NCBI GenBank assembly: GCA_036172245.1
Contig: JAYWIR010000001.1
Coordinates: forward strand, 8,246,001 to 8,310,000
Direction of reading: 5' to 3'
From: Raillietiella orientalis
Taxonomy: Eukaryota
Length of the DNA stretch: 64,000 bases
A program made the translations under genes and the position numbers. Positions within the stretch are counted from its first letter, which is position 1, and each line of letters begins with the position of its first letter. A model generated the notes under the pieces. That model was not told the DNA's origin, made no database searches, and saw only the letters and a program-made list of their open reading frames with translations. Below, piece by piece: positions 1 through 11,800 of this stretch.

Positions 1-3000
1 AGAATTCGACACGGAGATGCTCACCATACCAAAGGGAGAAAATTCCGAGGCGATAGCACCTATCTCATCGGATGAGGGAATTTTTTTTTTTTTCTTCTTC
101 TTTTTATTTTCCCGGCGATGGCTGGTGACAGGTGAATGCCAGCTGATGGCCGGCTCCAAAAAAATTCAAGATGATGTCAGAATGATTCATAAACTCGTCT
201 TGCTCCTAAATTGGAAAGTTTTGAAATGGACACTGATTGCAATTTCCAATTCCAATCGCAATTCCAAGTCCGTCGGGCAGAGCCAACACGACGGTTTTTC
301 ACAGGAATAGAGGAACCGCCAACAGTGACTCCAAGTGATGAAATGCAAAATGCCTTCGAGGAGCGACTTTGCCACACTCTCCCCCCGCCCCAGGCCACCC
401 CCCAAAAACACCGTGCAACTTGATCTGATAAAAAGTTGACGAGAGACGAAACAAAACGCAACTTGGGAAACCTTAGTCGTTCCAGAAACAAGGCGTGCAC
501 CCGAGAGGAGGGAAGAACCGATGACCGCAGGAAAAAATCATCACGGAGCACTTCGATCAATGCAGCTCTACTCAGATCAATCAATTAAATTTCGATCCCG
601 GAAGTGAAGAAAGCTATCGAGCATGAATACTCAAGGAAAAACCTGTTACTGGATTTGTAGGTCAGAAGAATTCTATCGGTGGGTTTGACTGTTAGGGCTT
701 TCTATTTGGTGAAGTTGAGTACGAAAGCACGTTATAATTACTGTTAGACAGGGACACAATTCTAAAATAAATCCACCTTCTTATGATGGGATGGGAAGAA
801 ACGATCGATTCCTTATGAGCTGCTGTTTTCAATTGTGCAGCGAATGGAATTACGCTGATACAGATGTTTCGGATAGAGGTCAAAGACTGGGTCACGACAC
901 TTAAATGGACTGCTCGGTGTTCGCGAGAAAGGTAAAAAATAGTGGGATCATCGATTTCATATGAAAATTTACAAAAACTCAACCAAAAGAACAAGGCTGC
1001 TGCGTTCTTCCGTCCCTCTTCCGAAGGGGAGGCTCTTTAGGCTTTCTGTGCTCGTCTTCTCCCTTCTCTTTTGAGCTTTCATTGATGGAAAAACGAAGGT
1101 CAAAGAAACGAGGAAAGTAAAGCCATCTTGTACATAATGGAGAAGAGCATAAAGATTTATTCAAAATAGACAGGCTGATCATGTTTTGATTGGACGAAGG
1201 CATGTGTCTTATCATCGGTTGAGTACAAAAGCAAAAATGAAGACTTTCGATTTCAATGTGACTTTCCACTTTCAAGCGTAATGAAAAAGCTGATTGCAAA
1301 GAAAGAAAGAAGAAAGAATTTTAGGGAACCTCAGCACCCGTTTTGAAGCGCAGGAAGGACAAGGACGTTCGAAAGCACAGATGGCGTTCCAGGCGAATGT
1401 TCCAATCATTGCACCTCGTAGAAAAAGAACAAAGTGTTTGGTCAACACACGTATAAGTCCCCACCACTGCTCTTCCCATCTTTCACACATAAAAACAGGC
1501 AAACCCATCCGAGTGTTTGCCTGTTTCGAGACTGTGCCTGCTCAGCTCACAGCTGCGGCAATCCGATTTTGTGTGGAGTTCACTAGGAAAAGTAGCCGAA
1601 GCCAAAGACGTCTCTCGTTGAACGAAAGTTGCGCAGTCCTTAGGGTGAATGACTTAACAGTTATTCACCGACCGATGCCTTAAGCACTTCCATGCTGAGA
1701 GGAAATGTTGGAAAGAAGGAATCGTAATACAAGTATTTCTTGGTCGGGTCATGACATTCTCGCATGTCGGATTTTCCTGAGAAGACCGTAGGAGAACCGC
1801 GGGCACCGCCGTGCCTCCGTCAATATTGACGCAACGACAGTATGGCGTTCGGTGTTGCATTCGTGTTCAGATAGGTCGCTGTGGCACGCGTCACGTTCAC
1901 TGCGATGAGAAAGGCAATGGCAAGCCATCGTGTACGGAGATCCTCGCATGAGTAGCGGCAAACACCGGGAATAACCGTATCTTCGTTAGAACAGTTACCA
2001 CTTGGAAAGGGAGGAACGATCCCATAATAATGTAAAACATGTATCTGTACGGGAATTTCGTATCTTTCCAAGATATCCCGATTTTCGCACCTGTCATACG
2101 AACAAACGCAATTTGGTAAGTTGCGTGTGGATCGCCATATCTTTGAGCAGGCGGGATATCAGTTTTGATCGTCATTTTCATTATGAGAATTGCGGATACC
2201 AATTACAATAAGTAAGCATCCTTATCGTATTTCTCGGTACAGATATGAGGTTCAAGATGGGATCCGAACACGGGACCATGTGCACAAATCGTTTGACTTT
2301 TTGTTTGTCCGATCCTCTCTCAGCAGAACCCCTGAAGCAAAAATCTTCACGTATGCGTGTCGAACGAAGGGTTTGATAAAAAAAAAAATACACTCCCATG
2401 CAACTTTCATTCCTCGCTGAGCCAAAACTTCTGCAACACACCGCAGTGGAATAACTACTTTGAGGCATTTTGGCAACACCTGGATCGAAGTATTAGCACG
2501 AAAGCTGGGAAATTGCGAACTGCTCAGAATATTTCCACACGTGTTGACCTTGCACTTTGAAGTTCAAACTAAACACTTGTGCGATGCAGGAATCGTACAC
2601 ATCAGTAAGATCGTGATTATCGCTACCGCGGTTCCTTAAGGTTCATTCTGCTTACATTTTCACACGGAATAAAGAAAAGGCGAATGTCGCATTGCATAAT
2701 GCGGAAGGAGAATGTCAGTCGTTTCTGTAAACGAGCAAGTTGGAAACCCTTCTGATGATTGGTGGGGGGGGGGGGGGATTCCCTCCCGTGAATGTGTAAG
2801 CAGATATGAAATGAAGTGAACGTCAGTTGGCGGCATAGGGCTCTCCGGAAGACACAACGGAAGTAGGTTCCACGTTTGCTAGGGAAGCAAGGTCCACACA
2901 CGGTTCGACTCTTGCTCTAGAATCCATTCGTCAGTACGTGTGTTTCAGAAGACCAAAGCATGCTCTAAGGTTACAGACTTCAGAAAACGAATTGAATTGC

Positions 3001-3519
3001 TAGATTTTTTTTTAAAAAACAAAAAACACAAAAGAAAAATACACAGACGCTTTAGTTTCTTCGGATGTTTGTGTTGGAATTCTTTTTTGTGCGCCCATTT
3101 TCTGTTGCTGAAGACTGATCCGTTGAAAATGTTTAAATAGTCAGCAGACCACAGCATGCCATTCTCAGATGGGAAAAGGTCTGCAAAACACACATGCTTG
3201 CTCTTCTGGACTCCGTGGTGCAGTGATCAGTGCTGCAAGAAGTCGGTTCCTTTCCCTGATTCTTGAGAGCGATTCACCAGCAAGCAGTGGGACAGAACGG
3301 TACATTTTCCTTAAAAGTTAATTCCCCATTCCTACCAGAGAACAACAAAGAAGTGTGAAAGGGACCAATGAGACCACGTGCAGAGTTTCCAGGAAAGTCG
3401 GATCGAAGAGTACGGAGTGGTGAATGGAACTTGCGGGACTTTCTGCGCTGCCTGCAAGGAGCGTCGTGGATGCGAACTTCCGGTACTATGGAACGTGTTA
3501 TGCTTTCCTTTGGACAATA

Positions 3520-3696
3520 CCATTGTGCCATTCATCAACTCACATCCGCGTAAATGGTGCAATTCATTTTTTTTGTAAAAATATGTATTACTTTTCCGTA
3601 GATGAAAAAAACTTTCTGCTGGAAAAGTCATACATATTTTACAAAAAAATGAACTGCACCATTTACACGGATGTGAGTTGATGAATGGCACAATGG
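3520..3696. mobile_element. Fold-back MITE-like element, about 78-bp inverted arms, flanked by TA on both sides
   Basis: CCATTGTGCCATTCATCAACTCACATCCG...TACTTTTCC (3520-3597) is a near-perfect reverse complement of GGAAAAGTC...CGGATGTGAGTTGATGAATGGCACAATGG (3621-3696); TA at 3518-3519 and 3697-3698. Confidence 0.8.
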
Positions 3697-5705
3697 TATT
3701 AAAAATAGGCTGCTGTGATAAGTCTTCATGTTTTTCAACCGAGTGTTGAAGGTTCCTTCCTGCAAGACTATTGCAAATATTTTGCCGTGGGTCGACATTC
3801 ATGAATGCGATCTTACCGTTGCATTTGTTTGCTTTATATTGCAGCAGAAATTTCTGCATGATCTTTGAAGTCTTATTTATATAGTTTCCATATAATGAAT
3901 ATCGAACGAGCACAGAAAGTGTTGCGTACAGGAGCAGGAAAAGAACCTTAGTTAGCTGATGAAAAGAATTTATAAGTCTTCCAGAAGAGGTCAGAATGTG
4001 CGGCTTTCAGTTGACACAAAGAGTGCAAAACAGTGCAGTTTCTTGACAGAGGAAAGTTCAGAAGTGCCACGGTTTTGAAGAAGCGCCAGCTCGTACCAAC
4101 TCCTTTTCCATATTATTCTGAACACAAAAACAAGCAGAAGCTCGCGACTGCTTCCACACTGCGTGGAGACTCCATCACACTACTGCCAAGTGTTCGGAAG
4201 TGTGGCGAATGAACTCAAGCGCGTCCTCGCTGTCGAACACGTTTCGGCGAGAAGGTCGGTGCTGCTGCTGCCTGTGTGATGTCAGCAAGCCTTGTCCGAG
4301 AAATAGGAAGGATCTCGACGCTGAAGGCTCCAGGAGGCACAAAGATTGTCGTTTGGAAGGAAGCGCAGAAAGCGTACGAGGTGTCCGAAGTCGAGTTCGA
4401 TAGCCACCGACGAAGTAAAAAGACTGACTTTTAATGCAAACTGTGTGGGTAACCGGCAGTCGGATCTCCATGCGGACAAACCTTCTGTTCTTTTGGGCGG
4501 ATACGGCGCCGTAGGAAGGCATGAAACATGCGCCGCTCCATCTGCTGTAATCCAGCAAGGAATGGAAGTTCCCACGCACGTGATCGCTAGCGAATTTCGA
4601 AATCCTCTGCCACTTTAAGGAGTCGGTGAACATCACGAGTCCCTTCCGGTGGGGAGCTCGTCTTTCGACGTTAGCAGGGACTGTTGCACGCCTGCTCTTG
4701 GAGGACAGCAGCAAATGCAAACAGTAACAAAACTGAACGGCGACGAACCTATTTGTTCCGGCATACCCTTTTCTTCCGCGGCGTCGGCCGGTGCCCATCG
4801 GGTGCACGCGAATCCCCCTCGGTCACCGCTGCGCTGCGCTCGCTCTGGAGGCGAATTCGAACTTCCCGCCCAACACGGCGCCGCTTCTCGCCGACGGCAC
4901 TTCTAGATGGCATCCGCGGCGCGAATTCGCTCGGAAGGGGTGGCGCTGAGGCCGAATCGCGGGGGAAGTGGAGCTGCAAGTTGCTTACGTACGGAACGTC
5001 AAACTGGAGCTACGTGAGAGACGTGGGGCTGCGAAGCAACTCCTGATTTCGGGGTGTGAGGCCCGCCATCTTCTCCGACTGCTTCCGTGGTCGACAGCGG
5101 GAAGTCGCCTTGAGCTCGGTGCGACACGAGTCGGCGACAGGAAGAACTTGGGAAGAGACCATCACCACGGGCAGAACACGAGGACGCCGAACGAACTCTC
5201 TTTCGAAATGGTGCAGGGCGCAACGACTGGCGCTTTTTAAGCCTTTCGCGCTCGCGCGAGGAGCAGTGGCGGTGGGCCACGGCAACTGCGTGATCGGCAC
5301 CCCGACTGCGTGTGGTGGTTGCTGTTGCCCCCTTCCTCAGCTGGATTCCACGCACTGCGCAGCACGCATTTGGTCTTCGGGAGATGAGCCGACCTGGAAG
5401 CGGGATTTGTCACTTTGGAACCGGCAACGAGACGCTGATGCCCGGCCATCCCTCACGCACAACGAAAGCTCCTCGCGATGCTGAAGGTGGCCGCGGGGGG
5501 AAAGCAGACTGTCCTGAGGTGGTCAGAACCCGAAAACTTTCGTGTGCTGTGTGCACAACGCAAAGGAAGAACACCAAATGGTGCTCTACTCTGCAAAAAA
5601 TTCCTCACTGAAACAGAAAGTCAAGGAAGCAGATGTCATCTTCAAACAAAGGTGCGGGACATGGCGTCCACTCTGGTTTGAACGAGCAGGAGATTATAAA
5701 AAGCA

Positions 5706-5711
5706 TTTATT
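5706..5711 (-). terminator. Candidate OLA1 polyadenylation signal AATAAA
   Basis: tttatt on the plus strand, 16 nt past the stop codon. Confidence 0.55.
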
Positions 5712-5727
5712 CCAAAGAGAGCACGCA

Positions 5728-5835
5728 TCACTTTTTTTTGGATGAGATTCCAGCACCCGCATTAAATTTGAAATAAATGATGTCACCATCTTCAACAACG
5801 TAATTCCTTCCTTGTTGTCGGTATTTTCCGGCAGC
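5728..5835 (-). CDS. OLA1: OLA1 last coding exon ([35 protein letters not shown])
   Basis: Not in the ORF track; read manually. Acceptor TTTCACTAG|GCT; TGA at 5730-5728; FKFNAGAG ending as recalled for insect OLA1. Confidence 0.96.
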   Translation of the reverse strand, partial: AAGKYRQQGRNYVVEDGDIIYFKFNAGAGISSKKK

Positions 5836-8800
5836 CTAGTGAAACAAAAACATTAAGATGTCAGCACTGAGAGCAGAGTGACTCTGACAAGAAAACTCCA
5901 CGTATCATACAGCGTAGAAAGGACAATTAGAAATAGCCGCAGCGTGTGCAAAAGTTGGGTTGAAAGCACCGCATTAGAGAGAAGCAGGAAACTCTTCGTG
6001 TCGCGCAAAATGGCAAAGCTGAGAAAGTTCGCAGGCGCGGCTCACACTGCCCGGGAACAAATTTAAGTCTGATGTGTATGAGGCAAGGAATTATGAAACG
6101 GGAAATGCAACAAGTTACAGAAATTGGAAGGTGATACTTGGGAATTCACGAGGACGGAGTCTGCGATACAAGAAACCACAGTTTCAAAAACAAAAAACAC
6201 ACAAAAAAACGAGAATTTCAGAAGAGAGTTCTACAATCAGAAGAAACAATTAATTACTTTAACAGCAGCCTCTGACCCTTCTGCTTTGAAGTCGTCAAAT
6301 TTCATCACTTCTGCCATGATGAAACCTTTCTCGAAATCTGTATGAATTTTTCCAGCAGCCTGAGGAGCCTTTGTTCCCTTCTGAAACGAGACATGTTCTT
6401 TGTAAGCACTGATTGTGTGAGTATACTGCTGATTTATATGAGACAGTTTGAACTTTCGTGATTCTCACCTCGAACACGGAAAACAGATAGTGGAGCACGC
6501 GGCTCGAAGTTCTGCAAGACACGCTTGGGGTTTCTTAAACAGCAATTGCAAGAAACCACGGAGTGTCGAGTTTTTTAAACGTAACCTAGCAAATAAAGAT
6601 AACGAAGAGGAAGTCAGGAAGAAGCACATTCTGTTTCTCTGTATTCTACCATACAGCAAGGAACGAAATCTTGTGTGAAAACAACGCGGAGGGAAAAATC
6701 CGTTTCGTAACGAAAACGAACCCTGTAATAGCAGCTGCCAGTTTTTCCCCATTACCGGATTGCCAAATGCGTTGTCTGTACGAAATTTGGTAACCGGTGA
6801 AGTGCCCTTGTGCGTAAGACGGGGATGCACTAGAAACAGCACCCATGCCCGGTCAAGGCACCGATGCTGACCTTGCCCCCACGATGCGCTGTTTCATCAG
6901 ATCATAATGACCTTACGCTCGCTTCCTTTCCGATCCCATTTCCCCCGCTGCCCTCAGCAGATACACAACAGTACTCGAATTCTTATCATGAGATCGCGAT
7001 GGATGGCCCTGTACTTTGTTCCCACGTTCTCCATGCTTGACCTTCTAGCCGGTATTTTCCTTGGAAGCAAAGAATCATGGGAACCAACCTTTGCCTGCCG
7101 ATAACCCTCGCACAACTACACGTTCTTCCTTGTTTTGATGCTTGCGACGACCACACACTTACATGGACTGCGAGAGCATTCACGCAGAACCCAATAACAT
7201 TAACGCACATTGGAGCACATTCCGAGAAGCAGGATGAGTTTGTTTTCCCGGATGGAACAATTTGAGAAAAATTCTTCCTTCCACATTAACTGAATACCCT
7301 GATTTTTCAAAGGAATGAATGCTATGAACAAAGGAATATTGGGGAGTAGAGGGGAGTTGCAGCAGTTTCCTCAAGACTCGTTAACACCTCAGAAAGAGGT
7401 ATCAGCAACGACAGCCACTGCTTATGCATTCAACAGGAAAGAGGCCGCATTTCCACGCTTTGTTGAAACGCTTCAAAATGACTTTGCGGCCTTCTATGAA
7501 GTTCTATCAACTAGCCTTGCTTTCACGAGGCATCAATGGAGTGACCACGCTTTCTTCGAGTACGCAGGATATGTTCACTACTCAATATGGCACAAAAAAT
7601 CTTTACAATCCCGATGGAAGATGGATTCCCCCCCCCCCCTTCCTCCCACAATGCCTCCCACTGCTTCCTTATCGCTCATTAAATATTCACACCGACAACT
7701 GCGTTCCATCTCTCGTGACTTGGGACTCGCTTCCTCCATTTTTGCACACGGGAAAGAACAGTCATGATTTATGGATTTCCTTTCATCCTCTTTCAGCTGG
7801 AAAACCACCCTCTATGGTTCTATTGAATGGAAAATTTACCCGTTACTGATTCGAGCTCCTGAGAATTGGAGCTACGCAGTGTTGACGTTTGCACGTTACA
7901 GTGGCCACTACGGCTTCCAAAATCCTGTGTCGAACATTTCCCAGCTATGATGTGTCCTTGGCATCAGCTGATTGCCTCGTCTCCGCAACTCGTCCCGATA
8001 AATTCGTATGAACTAATGAATTGGATTGAGGTCGCTGAGGAAAGGTATCCGCCCACGCTTTTGCAAGCGTTTTACAGGGTGAATGGATTTCATGCAGCTG
8101 GTCATCATACTTTTCGAGATGCTCCTGGCTCCTAAGTACATCGCTTCATCACAAAAGCTCTTACTGGAACTCGAAGCATCTACCATTCCGTCGGCATTCA
8201 TTCAACGGTTGTACCTTGAAACCCAAAGGCCGTTTTTTGTATGGGTAAAACCGCATCGAATGAGAGAGATTTCCTAACCATGCTTTGGACTTGGGTTAAC
8301 CACACTTAGTTCCCAAGTTCCCTGCAGTAACTGCGAGGAGCCAAAGAAAGACAGAGGGAAGAAAGAGGGATTATTCGTCCTCTGCTTGCGCATATGCTTA
8401 TGTTCATTTTGTGTTCTACGTTATGTGACTCGCTCATACAAAGCTGCTTGCTTTCGAAAAAAAGCATTCGCGAGAAGAAAGGGATGTGGTCACTTTTCCC
8501 TCCCCTTTGAGGAAAAATGGTACGAATACGATGAAATGATGAGGATACAAACGACAGGTCTACTAGAGACGCTTTGGACCTTCTGTAAAGATGAGATTTT
8601 TTCCTTGGATAAAAATCCCCACCGGCGAAATTTGCCTTCGACCAAAAAAACCGCTTTCAGGATTTCCTGTGCATTCTTTCAATGGATTTGTGAGCCAACG
8701 AACATTTGAAGCCTTTTTCTTCTTCTTCTTCTTCAAAATGCTGCAAGTAACACGGTGCAACCACCACCAGAACGATTCCTGTTCATACATCCTAGTTTCC

Positions 8801-11800
8801 CATCATGTTTTCTTTCGCTCATTTTATTTGTGCCCTCCAGAAGTTGTGCGAGATACCATCAAAATGACGTTCCTCCATGGATGCAATGAATGATGCGAGG
8901 ACAAAAACGGCTCCACATCTGCAGCCAATTCGCAACGCTCTTCCTTATCCTTGCAAACTTTCAACACAGCTTCTAACACAAAGTATTTTGCTGCACGTTT
9001 CTTGCCAAAAATCCAAAGCTCCGACCAACGGCCACACTAGAGCATCCTTCAAGCGTGTTAGTCTTCAGGACATTTTGTTTCCGTATTTCGTTCAGGCATC
9101 TTCCCCTTTTAGTCATCCCATACGAAGTCTCGAGACTTGACAATCACTCCTATGAAAGACCATTCAGACGAAAACCAACCGCTTGAGCGCGCTGTGGGTG
9201 CTGAAGTGGTTTTTTTAAGAACGAAAAAAAATAAAATAAAATCACAAGACTTTTAGCATCTCGTTGCGATGGGAATTTTCCACAATTCCACAGCTTTTCC
9301 ACTCGCACTGCTGCAGCATCCACAGTTCGTTAGAGGAATTCTTGTGCATGAACGCACTTGTGCATGTTTCGGTCGAAAATCCGGCGTGAATGTCCTTAAA
9401 TATCACACGAGCCGGTCCTCTTCATTTTTCTGAGTCTGGGTTCCCACCTGGACTTAGAAAAATGAAAAGACGACCTCCTCAAACCCGGATCTTCGCACTG
9501 CAACGACGACGCGAACGTTCTGATCACGACGTGCTTCTAAATCGAAAGAAACAAACGTCCATCATAGCAAACCACATCAGACCATCTGGTGGCTACGTCG
9601 AGATACTTCACAAGAATTCAACGTGGGTTAATTATATGAACACATACACAGGCTTCTATAGTCGGCATGCCTTAGCGAGCTACAGACACGTGCGTGGGTC
9701 GCATCCCGAACTACTAAATGATTAATCGCGCATCCTTCTTTACCAGTTCAATCACAGCTCAATCGATCAACTCTGAATCCGATGAGGGTACATCCAGCTG
9801 CCCGCAATAGCAACAGTAAACACATGGAAGTTTTTCACAAGTGAAAGGAACTCATTGGTGAACGAAATCAAGTGATCATTTCTTTCGCTAGTCGGCTAAA
9901 TGATTGATCTGAGACACGAAGGTCAGCAATTCCGTTTTCCGTGAAACGGGAGATTTTTGCACGGACTCCAATGGCAGCCCTATGCCGTGGAACCTGTGCA
10001 AAACTGAAAGCCGGCGACAGCGCAATTTTTGGAAGTGATTCAAGTGAAGACGTCCCTAGTTAAATCTATCGGTAGGTCGTCGTCGGACAAATTTCAGTTC
10101 GAACATAACAAACCTCTACCCTTACGCGACAGGTTCTGCTGGAATCGCAATGCGTCATCTCAACGAAAGTTGCTCCCATTCGCAAACGTACATGAGGGAG
10201 GGCGGACGATGCTTGCGGTAGATGAAAATGGATGCACCGAAAACCAGAGCTATCAGGTTACTCTGACCGACGGTTTGCAACATGCCAGTTCGGGTCGAAA
10301 CGAGCGCAAGCAAGCAGAGCTTCACTTCGGAAGCGCCAAACTCTCGTAAAGACGAGGTTCCGAGACTCGGCTGCTGACAAGCAAACGAAACCCCAACGGA
10401 AAACCTGCGGCCAAATGAAACTAAGGGACAGAACTTTCTGAAGGGAAGGACTCCCTGTTTGAGAAGTTAACGGCCATGATCAGTCAGAAGATATGCATAA
10501 TTAAACAACAACTGCTCCAACCCCTACCTCATGAAAGGGATTCGAGGCAGGCCACGAAAGGTAACAGATCCGCAAAAGCTGACCTGGAGAGCACATGAAA
10601 GATGCATAGCAAATACGAAAGTGCACAAGGGACTACTGAAACCCTTTATGCTTGCATCGGCCATGAATTTTTGACTGCCGATAAACCAGTATATCTAGAC
10701 TTATATAAATAGTTAATTTCATTAAAGTGACCCAAACATATTAAAGAAACTCTTGCACAACTTTCATACACATCTGTCCCGTAGTGCTTTTGCATGTGCA
10801 CGGTCTTTCTGGGGCTCCAGCAGGTAAATCGCACTTACCGCAAGCAAAATTCACTTATTTATCACAACTCATCCAGATATTTCACAGCATGGTTCAAAGC
10901 ACGCGTGCACGGTACGAAGGGCGATGTTTCTGGTCCTTCATGAGCAACGAAGGCGCCTTCTGCTCCCAATGCAGCGAAATGGGCTCAGTTAAAAAAACGC
11001 CAAACCTTCAGAGATTCGACATCGCGAGAAATCCATCATGAGCTTCGAGGAAGCGTAATCCTGGGAGCCGTTACTATGGTGCTTACGAGGCACCTACTCC
11101 ATAAGCAAACGGAATGCAGCATACGTCTGTAAACAACAAGCAGTTAGAAGAAGCACGCATGGGCAGCACATTCTGACTCATTGTCTCAACAAAAGTTCTT
11201 CCTGTGACCGCGGAGCGAGATCGGAGAGGAAACGAGCTTAAGGCACTGCCGGAGCGACAGCATCTTTAGCCGGTCAGAAACGAAAAACCTGCGGATCCTG
11301 CAACAATTTCGTGCTTTGCTGTGGCGGCATGCAAACATTGACAAAACCACTTCCCGACTTTATTTCCTCTGTCGAGAGCGCGAAAGCACTCTATGACCAT
11401 CAGTTCACACCTATGTAATGTTGGATGAATGCACGTACATGGAAGGCATGCCGAACTGTGCTCAATACGGCGTTCAATATGACTAAGCTATGAGCTAACG
11501 CGAGGTTCTGTCTTCTCTTCCATCCTTTCCTTTTTTTCTTTTTTCCGGCTTGATAACTGATAAAAATGAATGATGACAGATGGCCCACTTCAGTTATGTA
11601 AGAAAGCCTTCCCTATAATCATTCATCAATTATCATAACGCAGTCGTTGTTTACAATAAAGAAAATACATCCAAATTATATGGTACGCAGGAAGTTGAAG
11701 GTCACGTTTTACGAGACGTATTTACACACAGCCTCTGAGCGCGCACTGAGAGCAGGCGCAGGAAAGAAACTTACCTGCACTGTCCAGGCCTTCACTTCAT

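Noticed and set aside
690-1200. Possible reverse-transcriptase remnant on the minus strand (SSPLC...YEIDDPTIF...LNFTK)
   Set aside because: Resemblance to the LSP, YADD and LN..K motifs is too loose to call without a profile search.
2895-2920. B-box-like GGTTCGACTC
   Set aside because: No A box or tRNA stems around it.
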